A stretch of DNA of 64,000 nucleotides from an uncultured Bacilli bacterium (GCA_944358415.1 CALVRA010000004.1:3311-67310); one strand, 5' to 3'. Shown: positions 44,424-56,377, counted from the stretch's first letter. Made by a program: numbers and translations. The notes: a model not told the origin generated them from the letters alone.

Positions 44424-46226
44424 CTACTTTTCTTCATCAATATTTAAAACAGCTAAAAAGGCTTCAGAAGGTACTTCTACTTTTCCAACCATTTTCATAC
44501 GTTTTTTGCCTTCTTTTTGTTTTTCTAAAAGTTTTCTTTTTCTTGTAATATCTCCGCCATAACATTTAGCTAAAACATTTTTTCTTAAGGCTTTGATATC
44601 AGTTCTAGCTATTACTTTGGAACCTATTACTGATTGAATTGGTATTTCAAATAGCTGTCTTGGTATGATTTCTTTCAGTTTATAGACAATGGCTTTTCCA
44701 CGGTTATAGGCAAAATCTTTATGAACTATTATACTTAGGGCATCAATTGTTTCACCATTTAATAGGATATCCATTTTAACAAGGTCACTTGGTTTATAGC
44801 CAATTAATTCATAGTCAAATGAAGCATAACCTTTAGTTGAACCTTTTAGTTTATCGAAGAAGTTATAGACTATTTCAGATAATGGAATTTCATAGTGAAT
44901 GTTTACTCTACTTGGTGTAATATATTCCATATTTATATAGGTTCCTCTTTTGTTTTGACAGATTTCCATGACACTTCCGATATAATTACTTGGAACATAT
45001 ATATTGGTTTTTATATAGGGTTCTTCAATAATTTTTATATTTCCTCTATCTGGCATTTTAGCTGGACTATCAATATAGATAACTTCGCCATCTGTTTTAG
45101 TTATTTTATATATTACTGATGGAGATGTAGCAATATGATTTATATTAAATTCTCTTTCTAATCTTTCTTCTATTATTTCCATATGAAGCAATCCTAGAAA
45201 ACCGCATCTAAAACCAAAGCCTAATGCGGTGGATGTTTCTGGTTCAAATTCTAAAGCAGAGTCATTTAATTTTAGTTTTTCTAAAGCTTCCCTTAAATCT
45301 TTATATTTATTTGTTTCGGTTGGGTATAGTCCGCAAAAAACCATTGGTCTCATTGGTTTATATCCTGGCAAGCTTTCTTTAGCTGGGTTATTTTCTAAAG
45401 TGATTGTGTCACCCACTTTGATATCACTAATACTTTTGATACTAGCACATACATAACCAACTTCACCACAAGTTAAAATGTTTTTGTTTTGATGATGTGG
45501 GGTGCTTATGCCAAGTTCTGTTACTTCATAAGTTGCATTTGTAGCCATAAATTTTATTTTATCTTTGAGTTTTATTTGTCCATCTTTTATCCTTATTAAG
45601 GCAATTACTCCTTTATATGAGTCAAAGTAGCTATCGAATACTAAAGCTTTTAATGGAGCGTTTTCATCACCTTTTGGTGCGGGAATTTTAGTTATGATAG
45701 CTTGTAATAATTCATCTATTCCTTCACCTGTTTTGGCGCTTGTTAAAATTATTTCGTCTTCTTTAAAACCTAAGGTTTCAGTTAATTCTTTTTTTACTTT
45801 AGGAATATCGGCATTTGGAAGATCAATTTTATTGATGACAGGAATTATTGTTAGATCATTTTCTAAGGCAAGATAAACGTTAGCTAAAGTTTGAGCTTCA
45901 ATTCCTTGTGCGGCATCAACAACTAGTACAGCACCTTCACAGGCAGCGAGGCTTCTTGATACTTCATAGGAAAAATCAACGTGGCCTGGAGTATCTATGA
46001 GATGCATAATATAATCTTCGTTTTGATAATGATAATTTAGTTTTACAGCATTTAATTTAATTGTAATGCCTCTTTCTCTTTCTATGTCCATATTATCTAA
46101 TAATTGGTCCTGTTTTTCTCTTTCGGTTATGGCACCAGTTTTTTCTAATATACGATCAGCAAGAGTACTTTTACCATGATCGATATGAGCAATAATTGAA
46201 AAATTTCTAATGTTTGCTTGTTTCAT
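44424..46226 (-). CDS. lepA: Elongation factor 4
   Basis: '[20 protein letters not shown]' and 'DTPGHVDF' GTPase motifs plus the LepA C-terminal domain; 600 aa. Confidence 0.95.
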   Translation of the reverse strand: MKQANIRNFSIIAHIDHGKSTLADRILEKTGAITEREKQDQLLDNMDIERERGITIKLNAVKLNYHYQNEDYIMHLIDTPGHVDFSYEVSRSLAACEGAVLVVDAAQGIEAQTLANVYLALENDLTIIPVINKIDLPNADIPKVKKELTETLGFKEDEIILTSAKTGEGIDELLQAIITKIPAPKGDENAPLKALVFDSYFDSYKGVIALIRIKDGQIKLKDKIKFMATNATYEVTELGISTPHHQNKNILTCGEVGYVCASIKSISDIKVGDTITLENNPAKESLPGYKPMRPMVFCGLYPTETNKYKDLREALEKLKLNDSALEFEPETSTALGFGFRCGFLGLLHMEIIEERLEREFNINHIATSPSVIYKITKTDGEVIYIDSPAKMPDRGNIKIIEEPYIKTNIYVPSNYIGSVMEICQNKRGTYINMEYITPSRVNIHYEIPLSEIVYNFFDKLKGSTKGYASFDYELIGYKPSDLVKMDILLNGETIDALSIIVHKDFAYNRGKAIVYKLKEIIPRQLFEIPIQSVIGSKVIARTDIKALRKNVLAKCYGGDITRKRKLLEKQKEGKKRMKMVGKVEVPSEAFLAVLNIDEEK

Positions 46227-46292
46227 CTTGAATCACCTTTCTTTAATTATACCATAAAGTTTGGTAACAAAAAAATGGTAACGCTTTGGTTA

Positions 46293-46727
46293 TCATTTTT
46301 CACATATTAGTTCTTTATCTTTAATTTGATTACATTTGATATTTCCATATGTTAGGTCTTTGACAGTTACTGTTCCATCTTCAGTAATGGTAATGCTTCC
46401 TGATTTTGGCTTTTTTCCTTCAATTTTTATATTTACTGTAAGTTCATAATTTACTTTTTTCCCATTTTCATAAAAGGTATATCCATCTTTACTAAAAACT
46501 GCTTTAAATGGTAAGGCTACTTCGTTTTTAAGATTCATATTGGTATAAATTGTTTTTACTGTATCGATGGTATTTTTTGTACTTGTAACAGCTGAATCTT
46601 TAGACATGTTATAAATGATTTTATTAAGGGATGGCAAAATAATAATGAGTACGATTAATAAAACAATGATAACCATTGCATACTCTACGGTTCTTACTGT
46701 TTTATTGTTTTCATTTTCTTCTTTCAT
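46293..46727 (-). CDS. Minor pilin/pseudopilin-like protein
   Basis: 144 aa. An N-terminal 'VRTVEYAMVIIVLLIVLIIIL' hydrophobic helix with Glu at a pilin-like +5 position. Follows a major-pilin-like gene. Confidence 0.4.
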   Translation of the reverse strand: MKEENENNKTVRTVEYAMVIIVLLIVLIIILPSLNKIIYNMSKDSAVTSTKNTIDTVKTIYTNMNLKNEVALPFKAVFSKDGYTFYENGKKVNYELTVNIKIEGKKPKSGSITITEDGTVTVKDLTYGNIKCNQIKDKELICEK

Positions 46728-46798
46728 TTTAACCAGCCTCTATTATAATAATAGCATAATAACGTGATTTATACAAGAAAAAAAGAATGCATAGCATT

Positions 46799-47332
46799 CT
46801 ATTTGGTAACTCTATCTTCTGAAGTAATATTACTAACTGTGACATCACCTATTGTTCTTGAACAAATCATAGCATTATCATCAAAAGTTTTTGATTCAGT
46901 TATAGTAGAACAATAGTATTTTCCAAATTGTAATTGATGAGCAATGATACTACCATCAGCTTTAATGGTTACAAATCCTGATTGAGGCATTTCACCACTA
47001 GCTTGAACTGGTTGATTATTGACATAACCCTTTCCATATCCACCACCTGTGGCAGTATTAGTTCCCCAGTCAGTTCCTTGGGTTCCTTTATCATTGTCTT
47101 TTGGAAAATTAACTGTATATGGAATACCAACAGGGTCTACGTTAGTTTGAGCTTGAGCATATGCGAGTCTAACAGCGTCAATAGTTCCCCAAGCTTTATC
47201 AACTGCAGAATTTTTTCTTGCATCCTCTATAACATTTAAAATTACTGGAGTAGTAATTAAGGCGATAATAGCTAAGATAACGATTACAGCCAAGAGCTCA
47301 ATCAAAGTAAAACCTTTCGAATTATTTCTCAT
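46799..47332 (-). CDS. Type IV pilin-like protein (prepilin N-terminal cleavage/methylation domain)
   Basis: 'NSKGFTLIELLAVIVILAIIALI' is the canonical prepilin signal. Confidence 0.8.
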   Translation of the reverse strand: MRNNSKGFTLIELLAVIVILAIIALITTPVILNVIEDARKNSAVDKAWGTIDAVRLAYAQAQTNVDPVGIPYTVNFPKDNDKGTQGTDWGTNTATGGGYGKGYVNNQPVQASGEMPQSGFVTIKADGSIIAHQLQFGKYYCSTITESKTFDDNAMICSRTIGDVTVSNITSEDRVTK

Positions 47333-47400
47333 CTATTTCACCTCCTCGCCCCTTATTCTATTATCAATATACCACATTTTTTTATACAAATCAATCTTTT

Positions 47401-49926
47401 TTATTTCAATTTTTTATTAACTATGTCTAATTCTTGTTTTTCTTTTTCTAGGTTTTCTTTTTCTATTTGGACAATATTTTGAGGAGCTTTATTTAGATAG
47501 TTTTGGTTAGAAAGTAGTGTTTCTCTTCTTTTGATAGAATTTTCTAATCTTTCTTTTTCTTTATACAAGTTTTCAATTTCTTTGGTTTTATTTAAAGAAT
47601 TATCATAATATAGAGTTACTATATCTCCTAAAAAGTTAAAGTTAATATTATCCAATTTTTGATAATTATCTAGTTTTTTATTTTTTAAAAGTTTATTTAA
47701 AATATTTTCATTTTCTTTTAATATTTTGTTTGTAAAGTAAATGTAATTTTCTTTAATATTGTTTTCAAGTTTAGATTTTCTAATCTTTTTTATTAATTCA
47801 ATAATGATATCCATGTTTTTAGAACCTTCAAATATTTCTTCTTTGTTATATTCTGGATATTTACTAAGCATGATTGATGGCTTTGTGTTTGGAAGTTTGG
47901 TATATATTTCTTCAGTAACATAAGGCATGAATGGATGAAGCATTTTTAATATAGATTTTAATACTTTGACTAAAATTGTTTTAGTTGTATTATTCATGTT
48001 AATTTTAGAAAGTTCTATATACCAGTCACAGAAGTCATTCCAAATAAAGTTATATAATTCTGTTCCAACGATATTAAAATCATATTTTTCCATACTTGTT
48101 GTGACATTTTTTATAGTTTCATTTAGCTTAGTTAAAATCCATTGATCTGACAAAGTTAGATTTTCCATCGATTCTTGATAATCATCAATATTCATTAAAA
48201 CATATCTAGAGGCATTCCAAAGTTTATTGATAAAATTCCATGTTGATTTTACTTTTTCAGGGTCATATTTTACGTCCATTCCTGGAGCCGATGAGGTTGT
48301 TAGGAAAAATCTTAAACTGTCTGCACCATATTTTTCTATTTCATCCATTGGGTCAACGCCATTACCTAGTGATTTACTCATTTTCCTACCTAAGTTATCT
48401 CTGACTAACCCATGAATTAAACAATCTTTAAATGGCCTTGTTTGGGTAAATTCTAATCCTTGGAATATCATACGGCTAACCCAGAAGAAAATAATATCAA
48501 AGCCAGCTATTATTACATCGTTTGGATAATATCTTTTAAATAAGTCAGTATTATCTGGCCATCCCATGGTACTAAATGGCCATAAGGCTGATGAAAACCA
48601 AGTGTCAAGGGTATCTGGATCTCTAGTCCAGCCATCTTCTTTAGGCGGATTTATTCCAACATATATTTTATCTTCTTTATACCAAGCAGGTATTCTATGA
48701 CCCCACCATAGCTGTCTTGAGATACACCAATCATGAGATATTTCAAGCCAATGATTTAAGGTTTTTTCAAATCTTTCTGGGAAGAAGTTTACTTTGGTTT
48801 CAGAATTTTTTTGATTTTCTAAGGCTTGTTTGGCTAGAACATCCATTTTAACGAACCATTGTTTAGAAAGATATGGTTCAACTATGGCATCACTTCTTTC
48901 AGAATGTCCAACTGAATGGGTTATTTTTTCTATGCCAATTAATAAATTTTTTTCTTTTAGTTCTTCTACTAATTTTTCACGACATTCAAATCTATTTAGT
49001 CCCTTATATTTCCCAGTTTTTTCATTCATGGTTGCATCAGGGTTCATAATGACAACTTTTTCTAATCCATGTCTTTGGCCTACTTCAAAGTCATTTATAT
49101 CATGGGCAGGAGTTATTTTTACACACCCTGTGGCTTTGTCCATGTCTGCATGTTTGTCGCCAATGATAGGAATTTTGCGGCCTACAATTGGTAAGATTAC
49201 TTCTCTTCCAATTAAATGTTTATATCTTTTATCCTCTGGATTTACGGCAACAGCAGTATCACCGAATAATGTTTCTGGTCTGGTGGTAGCAACATCTAAG
49301 TATTCGTCAGTACCATCTATAATATATTTTAAATGATAAAATGCGCCTTCTTCATCTTTATAGATAACTTCTTCGTTTGATAAAGCTGTTAATTGTACTG
49401 GATCCCAATTGATAATTTTTTCTCCTCTATAAATTAATCCTTTATTATATAAATCTACGAAGACTTTTTTTACCGCTTTAGATAATCCCTCATCTAAAGT
49501 AAATCTTTCTTTGGTATAGTCTAAGGCTAAACCTAGTTTAGCCCACTGTTTATGAATATTTTCAGCATATTCATCTTTCCAAGCCCAAGCAGCTTTTAGC
49601 CATTCCTCGCGATCCATACTTCTTGGGTCTATACCTTCGTCTCTTAATCTTTTATCAACTTTGGCCTGTGTGGCAATACCAGCATGATCCATTCCTGGAA
49701 CCCATAAGGTATCAAATCCTTTTAATTTTTTATATCTAATTAATATATCTTGGAGGGCAGTATCCCAGGCATGTCCAATATGAAGTTTGCCTGTTACGTT
49801 TGGTGGTGGAATAACAATGGCATATGGTTTTTTACTCATATCACCAGCAGTAAAATATCCTTTTTGTTTCCAAGTTTCATATTTTCCTTCTTCAACTTTT
49901 TTATGGTCATATTTTTTATCTAACAT
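47401..49926 (-). CDS. valS: Valyl-tRNA synthetase
   Basis: '[14 protein letters not shown]' (HIGH), 'KMSKSLGN' (KMSKS) and a C-terminal coiled coil; 841 aa. Confidence 0.95.
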   Translation of the reverse strand: MLDKKYDHKKVEEGKYETWKQKGYFTAGDMSKKPYAIVIPPPNVTGKLHIGHAWDTALQDILIRYKKLKGFDTLWVPGMDHAGIATQAKVDKRLRDEGIDPRSMDREEWLKAAWAWKDEYAENIHKQWAKLGLALDYTKERFTLDEGLSKAVKKVFVDLYNKGLIYRGEKIINWDPVQLTALSNEEVIYKDEEGAFYHLKYIIDGTDEYLDVATTRPETLFGDTAVAVNPEDKRYKHLIGREVILPIVGRKIPIIGDKHADMDKATGCVKITPAHDINDFEVGQRHGLEKVVIMNPDATMNEKTGKYKGLNRFECREKLVEELKEKNLLIGIEKITHSVGHSERSDAIVEPYLSKQWFVKMDVLAKQALENQKNSETKVNFFPERFEKTLNHWLEISHDWCISRQLWWGHRIPAWYKEDKIYVGINPPKEDGWTRDPDTLDTWFSSALWPFSTMGWPDNTDLFKRYYPNDVIIAGFDIIFFWVSRMIFQGLEFTQTRPFKDCLIHGLVRDNLGRKMSKSLGNGVDPMDEIEKYGADSLRFFLTTSSAPGMDVKYDPEKVKSTWNFINKLWNASRYVLMNIDDYQESMENLTLSDQWILTKLNETIKNVTTSMEKYDFNIVGTELYNFIWNDFCDWYIELSKINMNNTTKTILVKVLKSILKMLHPFMPYVTEEIYTKLPNTKPSIMLSKYPEYNKEEIFEGSKNMDIIIELIKKIRKSKLENNIKENYIYFTNKILKENENILNKLLKNKKLDNYQKLDNINFNFLGDIVTLYYDNSLNKTKEIENLYKEKERLENSIKRRETLLSNQNYLNKAPQNIVQIEKENLEKEKQELDIVNKKLK

Positions 49927-50636
49927 GTAATCATCCTTTCATTTATATAATCTAATACGATGTTATAAATTTTTTGAAAAATTTCTTTGTTTTCTAATTT
50001 TTCATATAATAATTTTAAGTTTTGTTTGAATTCTTTTAAACATACACTATTATTGATATCAAAGACAAAAGCAAAATAAGAAGCCAATTGATCGTTAGGA
50101 TTTTGACAATCATTTCTATTTACAATTTCGTGTTTTTTAATGCTTTGAATGACTTTATCTGATATTTTATCTTTGGTATCAAGATTTTTTACTTCAGATG
50201 CGAAGACATTTAAAATATCAATTTTATCGGTATCTCTAATTAGTCTAGCATGTTTTAATTTTTGGGCATCATCGGTTTGACTAATTTTTAATTTGTTATG
50301 ATTTTTAACAGCAAATTCTATTACTTTATAATATTTGGATGGAACATTAAAGTTTTGAATTTGGTTTTGATTGAATAGTATATCTACACTGTAATCGGCA
50401 TGGTCGATTGTATTTTTATCGTTATATATTTTAAATTTTTTATACTGTTCAAATCTTCCAATGTCATGTAATAATCCAATAATTTTAGCTATTTTTATGT
50501 TTTCTTCATTAAATTTTAATTTTTTAGCATACTTAACATTTAATTTCATAACTCTATATGAATGGTCATATTTTGATTTTATTTGGTTATTATTTAAGTT
50601 ATAGTTTTTTACATAATTATCAAATTCTTGTTCCAT
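49920..50636 (-). CDS. HD-domain protein between the Val T-box and valS
   Basis: 'HSYRVMK...[10 protein letters not shown]' HD motif. Overlaps the valS start by 7 nt. Confidence 0.65.
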   Translation of the reverse strand: MEQEFDNYVKNYNLNNNQIKSKYDHSYRVMKLNVKYAKKLKFNEENIKIAKIIGLLHDIGRFEQYKKFKIYNDKNTIDHADYSVDILFNQNQIQNFNVPSKYYKVIEFAVKNHNKLKISQTDDAQKLKHARLIRDTDKIDILNVFASEVKNLDTKDKISDKVIQSIKKHEIVNRNDCQNPNDQLASYFAFVFDINNSVCLKEFKQNLKLLYEKLENKEIFQKIYNIVLDYINERMITC

Positions 50637-50644
50637 ATTGCCTC

Positions 50645-50872
50645 CCTTTAGAAAAAAACTTATAAATTTAAGGACGTTTTGAACGTGGTACCACCTTAAT
50701 TTATAAGTTTTACTTACCTTGTTTAAGTTTAACGCACTTTTTACGTACTTCCCTACTATTATTTCAGGAAGTCGGCTTGTTCAAGCTACTTTCAATATTA
50801 TCTATTATTAGTTTACATCAACCACTAACTTTCTTTAAATAGATAAATATTTACTCCTCTTGGTCTTGGCTT
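50645..50872 (-). promoter_or_regulatory. T-box riboswitch leader, probable Val specifier
   Basis: The minus strand T-box core AAGGTGGTACCACG lies inside a long terminator helix (CTTATAAATTAAGG / CCTTAAATTTATAAG) followed by TTTTTTT. The upstream segment ...GGGAAGUACGUAAAAAG... contains GUA (Val). Confidence 0.8.
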
Positions 50873-50879
50873 TTACACA

Positions 50880-50908
50880 ATTATACATGTTTTTTTATAA
50901 AATTACAA
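50880..50908 (-). promoter_or_regulatory. Sigma-A-type promoter of the Val T-box operon
   Basis: Minus strand: TTGTAA, 17 nt, TATAAT. Confidence 0.55.
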
Positions 50909-51583
50909 TAATTTGGTGCCACAAAGGAAACATGTAGTGGCATCTGGAGATAATTTGGTTCCACAGTTAGGACATACTTTTGGTTTGCTTTTATCAATAA
51001 CAATTGGTTTTTCTTCTTTTTTTTCTTCTTTAGCTTTGGCTTCAATGAATGTTTCTTTTCTTTCATCTGGTTCTAGAGATTTATTAAAGTAAACTGTATT
51101 TTGTTCATCATTGGGATTATTTATTTGTGGTGTTTGGTTATAATTATTTGGATTTACTTGAATATTTTCTTTTTTATCTGAATCAAATAATGCATTTTGA
51201 TTAACTATAAATTCTTCTGTTTCATCATACATATGAAGCATAAATTTAGGGTGTTTAAATACTAATTCTGGAAATTTATACATCGGAATGATGATAAACC
51301 ATATTGCTTCGCTTGAATCAAGTTGGTAAGCTTTTAGTAGTTCAGCAATTATTATTTTATAATAATATAAATTTACAAAAGGAATTAATGATTTATAAAA
51401 TACACTTTTTTTTATATCTAAAATATCTACTAATATTAAAGTTCCATAAAACGGTACATAGGCTTTCCATGCCGGTATTTTCATCTGTTTAAATAAAGTC
51501 CCTAAACATATTTTGACCGTTAAATACACAATGAAAAGGACAAGAAAAAGCAATAAGAAATAGGTTCCGGTTCCTTCAAACAT
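50903..51583 (-). CDS. Membrane protein with C-terminal zinc ribbon
   Basis: Three or four TM segments ('AWKAYVPFYGTLIL'), then a low-complexity linker and 'CPNCGTKLSPDATTCFLCGTKL'. Confidence 0.6.
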   Translation of the reverse strand: MFEGTGTYFLLLFLVLFIVYLTVKICLGTLFKQMKIPAWKAYVPFYGTLILVDILDIKKSVFYKSLIPFVNLYYYKIIIAELLKAYQLDSSEAIWFIIIPMYKFPELVFKHPKFMLHMYDETEEFIVNQNALFDSDKKENIQVNPNNYNQTPQINNPNDEQNTVYFNKSLEPDERKETFIEAKAKEEKKEEKPIVIDKSKPKVCPNCGTKLSPDATTCFLCGTKLL

Positions 51584-51628
51584 TTTTTAGCCTCCTTTTT
51601 ATTAATTATATCATGGTATAAATTTTTT

Positions 51629-52138
51629 TTAAATATTTAAAAAGTAATTATTTTCTTTTTCAAATTTTAAAGTGGTTGGTAATCCATGCCCAGGATATAT
51701 TTTAGTGTTATCTGGGTATTTTTTTATTTCATTTAAACTTTGTTTCATTTCTTTTGTGTTTCCGGTTGGCATATCAGTTCTACCAATAGTTCCTTTAAAT
51801 AGAAAGTCACCGGTAAACATAGCATTTTCATTTTTAAAATAGTAGGTTAAACTATCATTAGTATGACCTTTAGTTTGAATTATTTCAAAGTTAAATGGAC
51901 CTATGGTATAGGTTTTATTATTTGTATTTAATATTAATTCTTGATTAAAGTGATTTAAAGCTCCTATATGATCTGGATGATGATGAGTGATTAATATTTT
52001 TAATATTTTTTTACCTTTAATATTTGGAAGAATTTTTTCAAAATCATCGCCTGGGTCAATGATTAAAATTTGGTTATCTTTTTCTAAGATATAACAGTTT
52101 GCTTTTAATGTACCAACAGGGATAGTGGTGATTTTCAT
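51629..52138 (-). CDS. MBL-fold metallo-hydrolase
   Basis: 'ITHHHPDHIGA' and downstream His/Asp ligands. Confidence 0.75.
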   Translation of the reverse strand: MKITTIPVGTLKANCYILEKDNQILIIDPGDDFEKILPNIKGKKILKILITHHHPDHIGALNHFNQELILNTNNKTYTIGPFNFEIIQTKGHTNDSLTYYFKNENAMFTGDFLFKGTIGRTDMPTGNTKEMKQSLNEIKKYPDNTKIYPGHGLPTTLKFEKENNYFLNI

Positions 52139-52332
52139 TTTAGATTCCTTAGTTTATTAAAGGTATCTCTAATGTTTTTTTGGATGTCTACAATTTTTTC
52201 TTTTTGTTTTTTTTCGTTATTTTGGTTATTCATTGTGTATAGTTTTTCTTTTAATTCGTTTGGGTCTTGGTTTAATCCTCTTTTGACCATACCTTTTAAA
52301 ACTGTGTTTTTATTATTTTCATTTATAAGCAT
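52135..52332 (-). CDS. Small basic hypothetical protein
   Basis: The track ORF 52135-52476 overlaps rnhB heavily. It is trimmed here to the internal ATG at 52332, which abuts the rnhB stop. Confidence 0.35.
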   Translation of the reverse strand: MLINENNKNTVLKGMVKRGLNQDPNELKEKLYTMNNQNNEKKQKEKIVDIQKNIRDTFNKLRNLK

Positions 52333-52333
52333 A

Positions 52334-52963
52334 TTAATTTCCTTTCTTACAATGGCCTGTCTCAAGATAATTTTTAATTGGGGCATATGTTTTTCTATAT
52401 CCGTCAATAAGGCCATATTTTTCGATTGTTTCAAAGTGTTTTTTAGTAGGATAACCTTTATGGTTTTTAAAGCCATATTCTGGATGTTTTTTATCTATTT
52501 CATATAAGATATTATCTCTGGTTACTTTGGCAATTACACTAGCAGCAGCAATAGAGAAGCTTTTGGCGTCACCTTTAATGATAGGCATAGTGGGAATTTC
52601 AATATCAATTGGCATAGCATCTGATAGAACATATTCTAATTTTATTTGTTTTTGAACTTCTCTTATAGCTTTAATCATTGCTTTTTTACTGGCTTCGTAA
52701 ATGTTTATTTTATCAATTTCTTCTGGAGAAATAATGCCTATACCATAGATGGTGTTTTTTATTAAATAATCGTAAAAAAGATTTCTCTTTTTTTCGCTTA
52801 GTTTTTTTGAATCGTTTAATCCTTCTAGTTTAAAATCTTTAGGTAAGACTACACAGGCAGCAACAACAGGTCCATAAAGAGGTCCTCTACCAGCTTCATC
52901 GGTACCACCAATGATGTTTATACCTTGTTTAAAAAGTTCTTTTTCATAGTACCAGAGGTCCAT
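52334..52963 (-). CDS. rnhB: Ribonuclease HII
   Basis: 'GTDEAGRGPLYGPVVAA' and 'DSKKLS' motifs. Confidence 0.92.
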   Translation of the reverse strand: MDLWYYEKELFKQGINIIGGTDEAGRGPLYGPVVAACVVLPKDFKLEGLNDSKKLSEKKRNLFYDYLIKNTIYGIGIISPEEIDKINIYEASKKAMIKAIREVQKQIKLEYVLSDAMPIDIEIPTMPIIKGDAKSFSIAAASVIAKVTRDNILYEIDKKHPEYGFKNHKGYPTKKHFETIEKYGLIDGYRKTYAPIKNYLETGHCKKGN

Positions 52964-53036
52964 ATTTTACCTACTTTCTTATAAGATTATAGCACATATT
53001 TAACTTATAAATCTATAATATTTATATAAATGCAGT

Positions 53037-53585
53037 TTATTTTGCTTTTGATTTTTTAGTATAAAAAGGGACTTTTTCTAAGTTCTCATTTTCTATATAT
53101 TGTTGAGCAAATAATTCTATTTCTGACAAAGAATACATTTTATCTTCATGTGAATGATTATCTAGATAAAAGATTTGGTCTTTAAGGTTAACAATATATT
53201 CAATTTTTTTAATTGGTTCATCACTAATAATACCATCAGTTTCAACAAATGGTTCATTAAGAATAATACGATTTCGATGAGTACAGATAATATTTGGATA
53301 ATCATCGTCGTATGGTATATTGGTATCAATAAGATTTTCAGAAATTTCATAGGTATGTGCGACAGGTGTGATTTTCAAAGTAAATCCATAAGCATGTTTG
53401 GCTTGGTGAACTCCAACAACTCTATATTCTTTGAAATTATCATTATAAGTAAATTTGGCTAGCCATAAATTTTCTAAAATTTCCTGGTATTTTTCTTCTT
53501 TGGAGTGCTGGCAACCAGTTAACGAAAATAAAGCTGTTCCTATAAGTGTGAGAAAGGCTTTTCTACTAATTGTATATTTTTCCAT
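53037..53585 (-). CDS. Lipoprotein, function unknown
   Basis: Signal peptide with lipobox 'LTGC'. Confidence 0.6.
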   Translation of the reverse strand: MEKYTISRKAFLTLIGTALFSLTGCQHSKEEKYQEILENLWLAKFTYNDNFKEYRVVGVHQAKHAYGFTLKITPVAHTYEISENLIDTNIPYDDDYPNIICTHRNRIILNEPFVETDGIISDEPIKKIEYIVNLKDQIFYLDNHSHEDKMYSLSEIELFAQQYIENENLEKVPFYTKKSKAK

Positions 53586-53636
53586 ACAATTCCTTCTTTC
53601 TAATGATGATTATAATACAAAATATTTTAGAGTATG

Positions 53637-54224
53637 TCAATTATAGTATTTTCCTTGTTTGAAAAGATTTTTTTTAGTTAATTTATTTTCTATATGGACT
53701 CCTAATTTTTGAGCCATACCAGTTTTTAAATTATTTTTTTTAGAAAGTTGGTCGACTAATATGGCTTTGACACCATATTTTTTAGCGCCTATGATATCAG
53801 ATAATATTTGATCACCAATAGCAACTGTGTTTTCTTTTTTTGAGTTTAGTATTGATAGAGCTTTTTGATAGGCAATTTTTCTTGGTTTATCAGCTTCATA
53901 TAAGGCTTCTATGTTTAATATACGTGCGACAGGGAGAACTCTTTTTTTATGATTATTAGAGAAAAGTAAAATTTTAAAGTTTTGTTTTTTTAGATTTTGA
54001 AATAGTTCTTTAGTTTTTGATGGAATGTTTAAATCATCTACATTTGCGATAGTATTATCAATATCGAATAATATGGCATTTATATTTTGTTTTTTTAATT
54101 TACTATAATCTATCTCATAAATATTTTTATAGTAACTATCAGGAAGAGCCGCTTTTATTTCTTTTTTAGAACCTAACATTATTTTTATGAAGGCTTTTAT
54201 CATTAAAAAATGTTTATATTTCAT
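53637..54224 (-). CDS. YqeG-family HAD phosphatase
   Basis: 'ILFDIDNTI', 'LFSNN', 'KPRK' and 'AIGDQILSDI' HAD-IIIA (YqeG) motifs. Confidence 0.7.
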   Translation of the reverse strand: MKYKHFLMIKAFIKIMLGSKKEIKAALPDSYYKNIYEIDYSKLKKQNINAILFDIDNTIANVDDLNIPSKTKELFQNLKKQNFKILLFSNNHKKRVLPVARILNIEALYEADKPRKIAYQKALSILNSKKENTVAIGDQILSDIIGAKKYGVKAILVDQLSKKNNLKTGMAQKLGVHIENKLTKKNLFKQGKYYN

Positions 54225-54249
54225 GATAAAAAAATAATCACCGAAGTGA

Positions 54250-54660
54250 CTATTTTGTTTCCTTTTCTAATTTTTCAGTTACGTTTTTAGAAACTTCGAT
54301 TACTTTGCTTTTGATGGCGTTAGCTGATTTTTCGATGGCTGGTGTACCTTTTTCAATGGCATAGTTAACTAGTTCTTCAGCGGCATCTTTAAGTTTTTTT
54401 GCTTGTTTTTTTGCTTCGGCTAGAACTGTTTCTTTATCTAAGTCTGCGATTCCTTGTTTGATTTCTTCAATTTTGAGTTCAACTGTTTCCCTAACATCAT
54501 CCATATCTAAGTTTTTCACTTTGTTTAATAAGTCATCAAACATTCTTTTTAAATCTTCTCTAGTTTCTGATCCTTTTTTAGGTGCGAATAATAATCCAAG
54601 GGCTGCACCTACTCCGGCACCTAAAACAAATTTACCAATTCCTTTACTCTTTTTCGTCAT
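54250..54660 (-). CDS. YtxH-domain protein
   Basis: 'GAGVGAALGLLFAPKKGSETREDLK' YtxH motif followed by a coiled coil. Start trimmed to the ATG at 54660. Confidence 0.7.
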   Translation of the reverse strand: MTKKSKGIGKFVLGAGVGAALGLLFAPKKGSETREDLKRMFDDLLNKVKNLDMDDVRETVELKIEEIKQGIADLDKETVLAEAKKQAKKLKDAAEELVNYAIEKGTPAIEKSANAIKSKVIEVSKNVTEKLEKETK

Positions 54661-54934
54661 GAACATTTTCCTTTCTATTAAATAATTTACCAATGGCACT
54701 AGATAAAAAATTAATAATGGTGTCACTAAAACCAACGACGGCATCAGTGGTGTTATCAATTATACTGAATAATCCGTTTAGTTTACTTGATTTTTGACTG
54801 ACATCATCTACTAATTTATCGATTTTATCTAAGGTTTTTATGGCATTGATAACTAAAATAATTAAAGCAACTACTAGTACAATTAATAATATGTAGAAAA
54901 ATACAGATAATACATCAGCTAAACTTATCATCAT
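54644..54934 (-). CDS. DUF948-like membrane protein
   Basis: 96 aa with an N-terminal TM helix followed by a helical region. Commonly paired with a YtxH gene. Confidence 0.6.
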   Translation of the reverse strand: MMISLADVLSVFFYILLIVLVVALIILVINAIKTLDKIDKLVDDVSQKSSKLNGLFSIIDNTTDAVVGFSDTIINFLSSAIGKLFNRKENVHDEKE

Positions 54935-55683
54935 TATTTATTCCCCTTTTCATATAGTGAGTCAATCATACTGAATAATTCTTGGTCACTTATTTTTCTT
55001 GGCTCTTTTTTTGGTTTTTCTTCATGTTTATCCATTTCTTCCTCTAGTAAGTCTGTTAAATCATCTTCTTTTTTTGAACTATGTCTTGGTTTTTCTTTTT
55101 TTGAAGGTTCATAGTCCAATGTTTCTTTTTTTTGTGTTTTTTCTTCATCAAATAGTACTCTATTACCACCAAATAAGGTTGTTTCAATATCAGCTTCTAA
55201 TCCGCCATAGGCCTTATTTCTAATGGCATCGACATTGGCTTCTTTTGAGCTATAGTAAGAAGATCTTCCTTCTGGCTTAGAAGTGTACTCATCTTTTTGA
55301 TATCCTTTATCTAAAATACCATAAACTGGTGAAATGATTGGTGATGGTCTAAAGACTCTTTTTTCTTCTTTTGGTGGATTATATACTTCTGTTTTTGTTT
55401 GTTGTCTTGTACGTTTTGGTTCTCTTGGCTCTGGTTTAACATCGACTACGTCAAATTCGTTGTCGTCAAAAAATGGAAATTTATATTCATTTTTTGGCTG
55501 TTCTATTGGTTCTTCTTTTTTTTCTTCGACAGGTTCTTCATATTTCTCTAAACGAGTTTTTTTAGGAGAAGGAATTTCTACTTGAATTACTTCTTTTTGA
55601 ACGCCTTCTTTTTTTTCTTGTTCTGGCTGTTCTACTTCGACTTCTTCGGTAAATAAGTTTTTAAATTTATCAATTAGTCCCAT
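54934..55683 (-). CDS. Glu/Lys-rich hypothetical protein
   Basis: 249-aa highly charged ORF. The N-terminal 'MGLIDKFKNLF' is reminiscent of division-associated proteins. No confident family. Confidence 0.5.
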   Translation of the reverse strand: MGLIDKFKNLFTEEVEVEQPEQEKKEGVQKEVIQVEIPSPKKTRLEKYEEPVEEKKEEPIEQPKNEYKFPFFDDNEFDVVDVKPEPREPKRTRQQTKTEVYNPPKEEKRVFRPSPIISPVYGILDKGYQKDEYTSKPEGRSSYYSSKEANVDAIRNKAYGGLEADIETTLFGGNRVLFDEEKTQKKETLDYEPSKKEKPRHSSKKEDDLTDLLEEEMDKHEEKPKKEPRKISDQELFSMIDSLYEKGNK

Positions 55684-55695
55684 TTAAATACACCT

Positions 55696-56295
55696 CTACT
55701 TTTCTTCATAACGTAAGAAGTTATCATCGTTATTTCCTTTTGAACTAAATACGTCATATTCTTCCTCTTTGTTTTTTAAAAAGTCGTCTTCTAATGATAA
55801 TTTTACTATATTACTACTATATTTTATTGTCGATAAAATGTATGAACAATTTAAAACTGTATCATTTATATCACTTTCAGGTACAAGAGCTTCAATTTTT
55901 GCATAATTATAGACAAACTCAATTAGATATAAATCGTTTTGTTTTGTTATTTCTAAATAACCTGTTTTTCCGTTATTTTTGATTTTTTTGGAATAATATT
56001 TACTATTATCGATCTTATAATTAGTCGTTTTTTTATAGTAATAACTAATTTCATCTAAATATAGATAGTAATACACTCCATTTGAATATAATTTATCATT
56101 AGTTCCACTACTATCGATATAAGTTACTCCTCTTGGTACATAATACTTATATCCTCTTCCCACACGGTTATACAAAGTATTTTCTTTGGACAGTATAACA
56201 CTAATAATATTATCAATATTTGTTGTATCAATTCTAACGATGGTACAGCCGGTTAGAATTAAAGTTAATAGTCCTAAAAAGAGTATTTTCTTCAT
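55696..56295 (-). CDS. Lipoprotein, function unknown
   Basis: Signal peptide with lipobox 'LTGC'. Confidence 0.6.
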   Translation of the reverse strand: MKKILFLGLLTLILTGCTIVRIDTTNIDNIISVILSKENTLYNRVGRGYKYYVPRGVTYIDSSGTNDKLYSNGVYYYLYLDEISYYYKKTTNYKIDNSKYYSKKIKNNGKTGYLEITKQNDLYLIEFVYNYAKIEALVPESDINDTVLNCSYILSTIKYSSNIVKLSLEDDFLKNKEEEYDVFSSKGNNDDNFLRYEEK

Positions 56296-56377
56296 ATATA
56301 CACCTGCTTACTATAGATTATATCAAATTTTGCTTAATTTTCCTAATAAAGGTCTTGGTTTACATGTCAAATTATGT

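Noticed and set aside
50881-51066. 61-aa Lys-rich ORF overlapping the 3' end of 50903-51583
   Set aside because: It is out of frame and nested in the better-supported membrane/zinc-ribbon gene. It also overlaps the predicted Val T-box promoter.
52135-52476. Full 113-aa ORF overlapping the 3' third of rnhB
   Set aside because: The N-terminal 48 codons overlap conserved RNase HII coding sequence in another frame. The ORF was trimmed to an internal ATG that abuts the rnhB stop, and even the trimmed ORF is low confidence.
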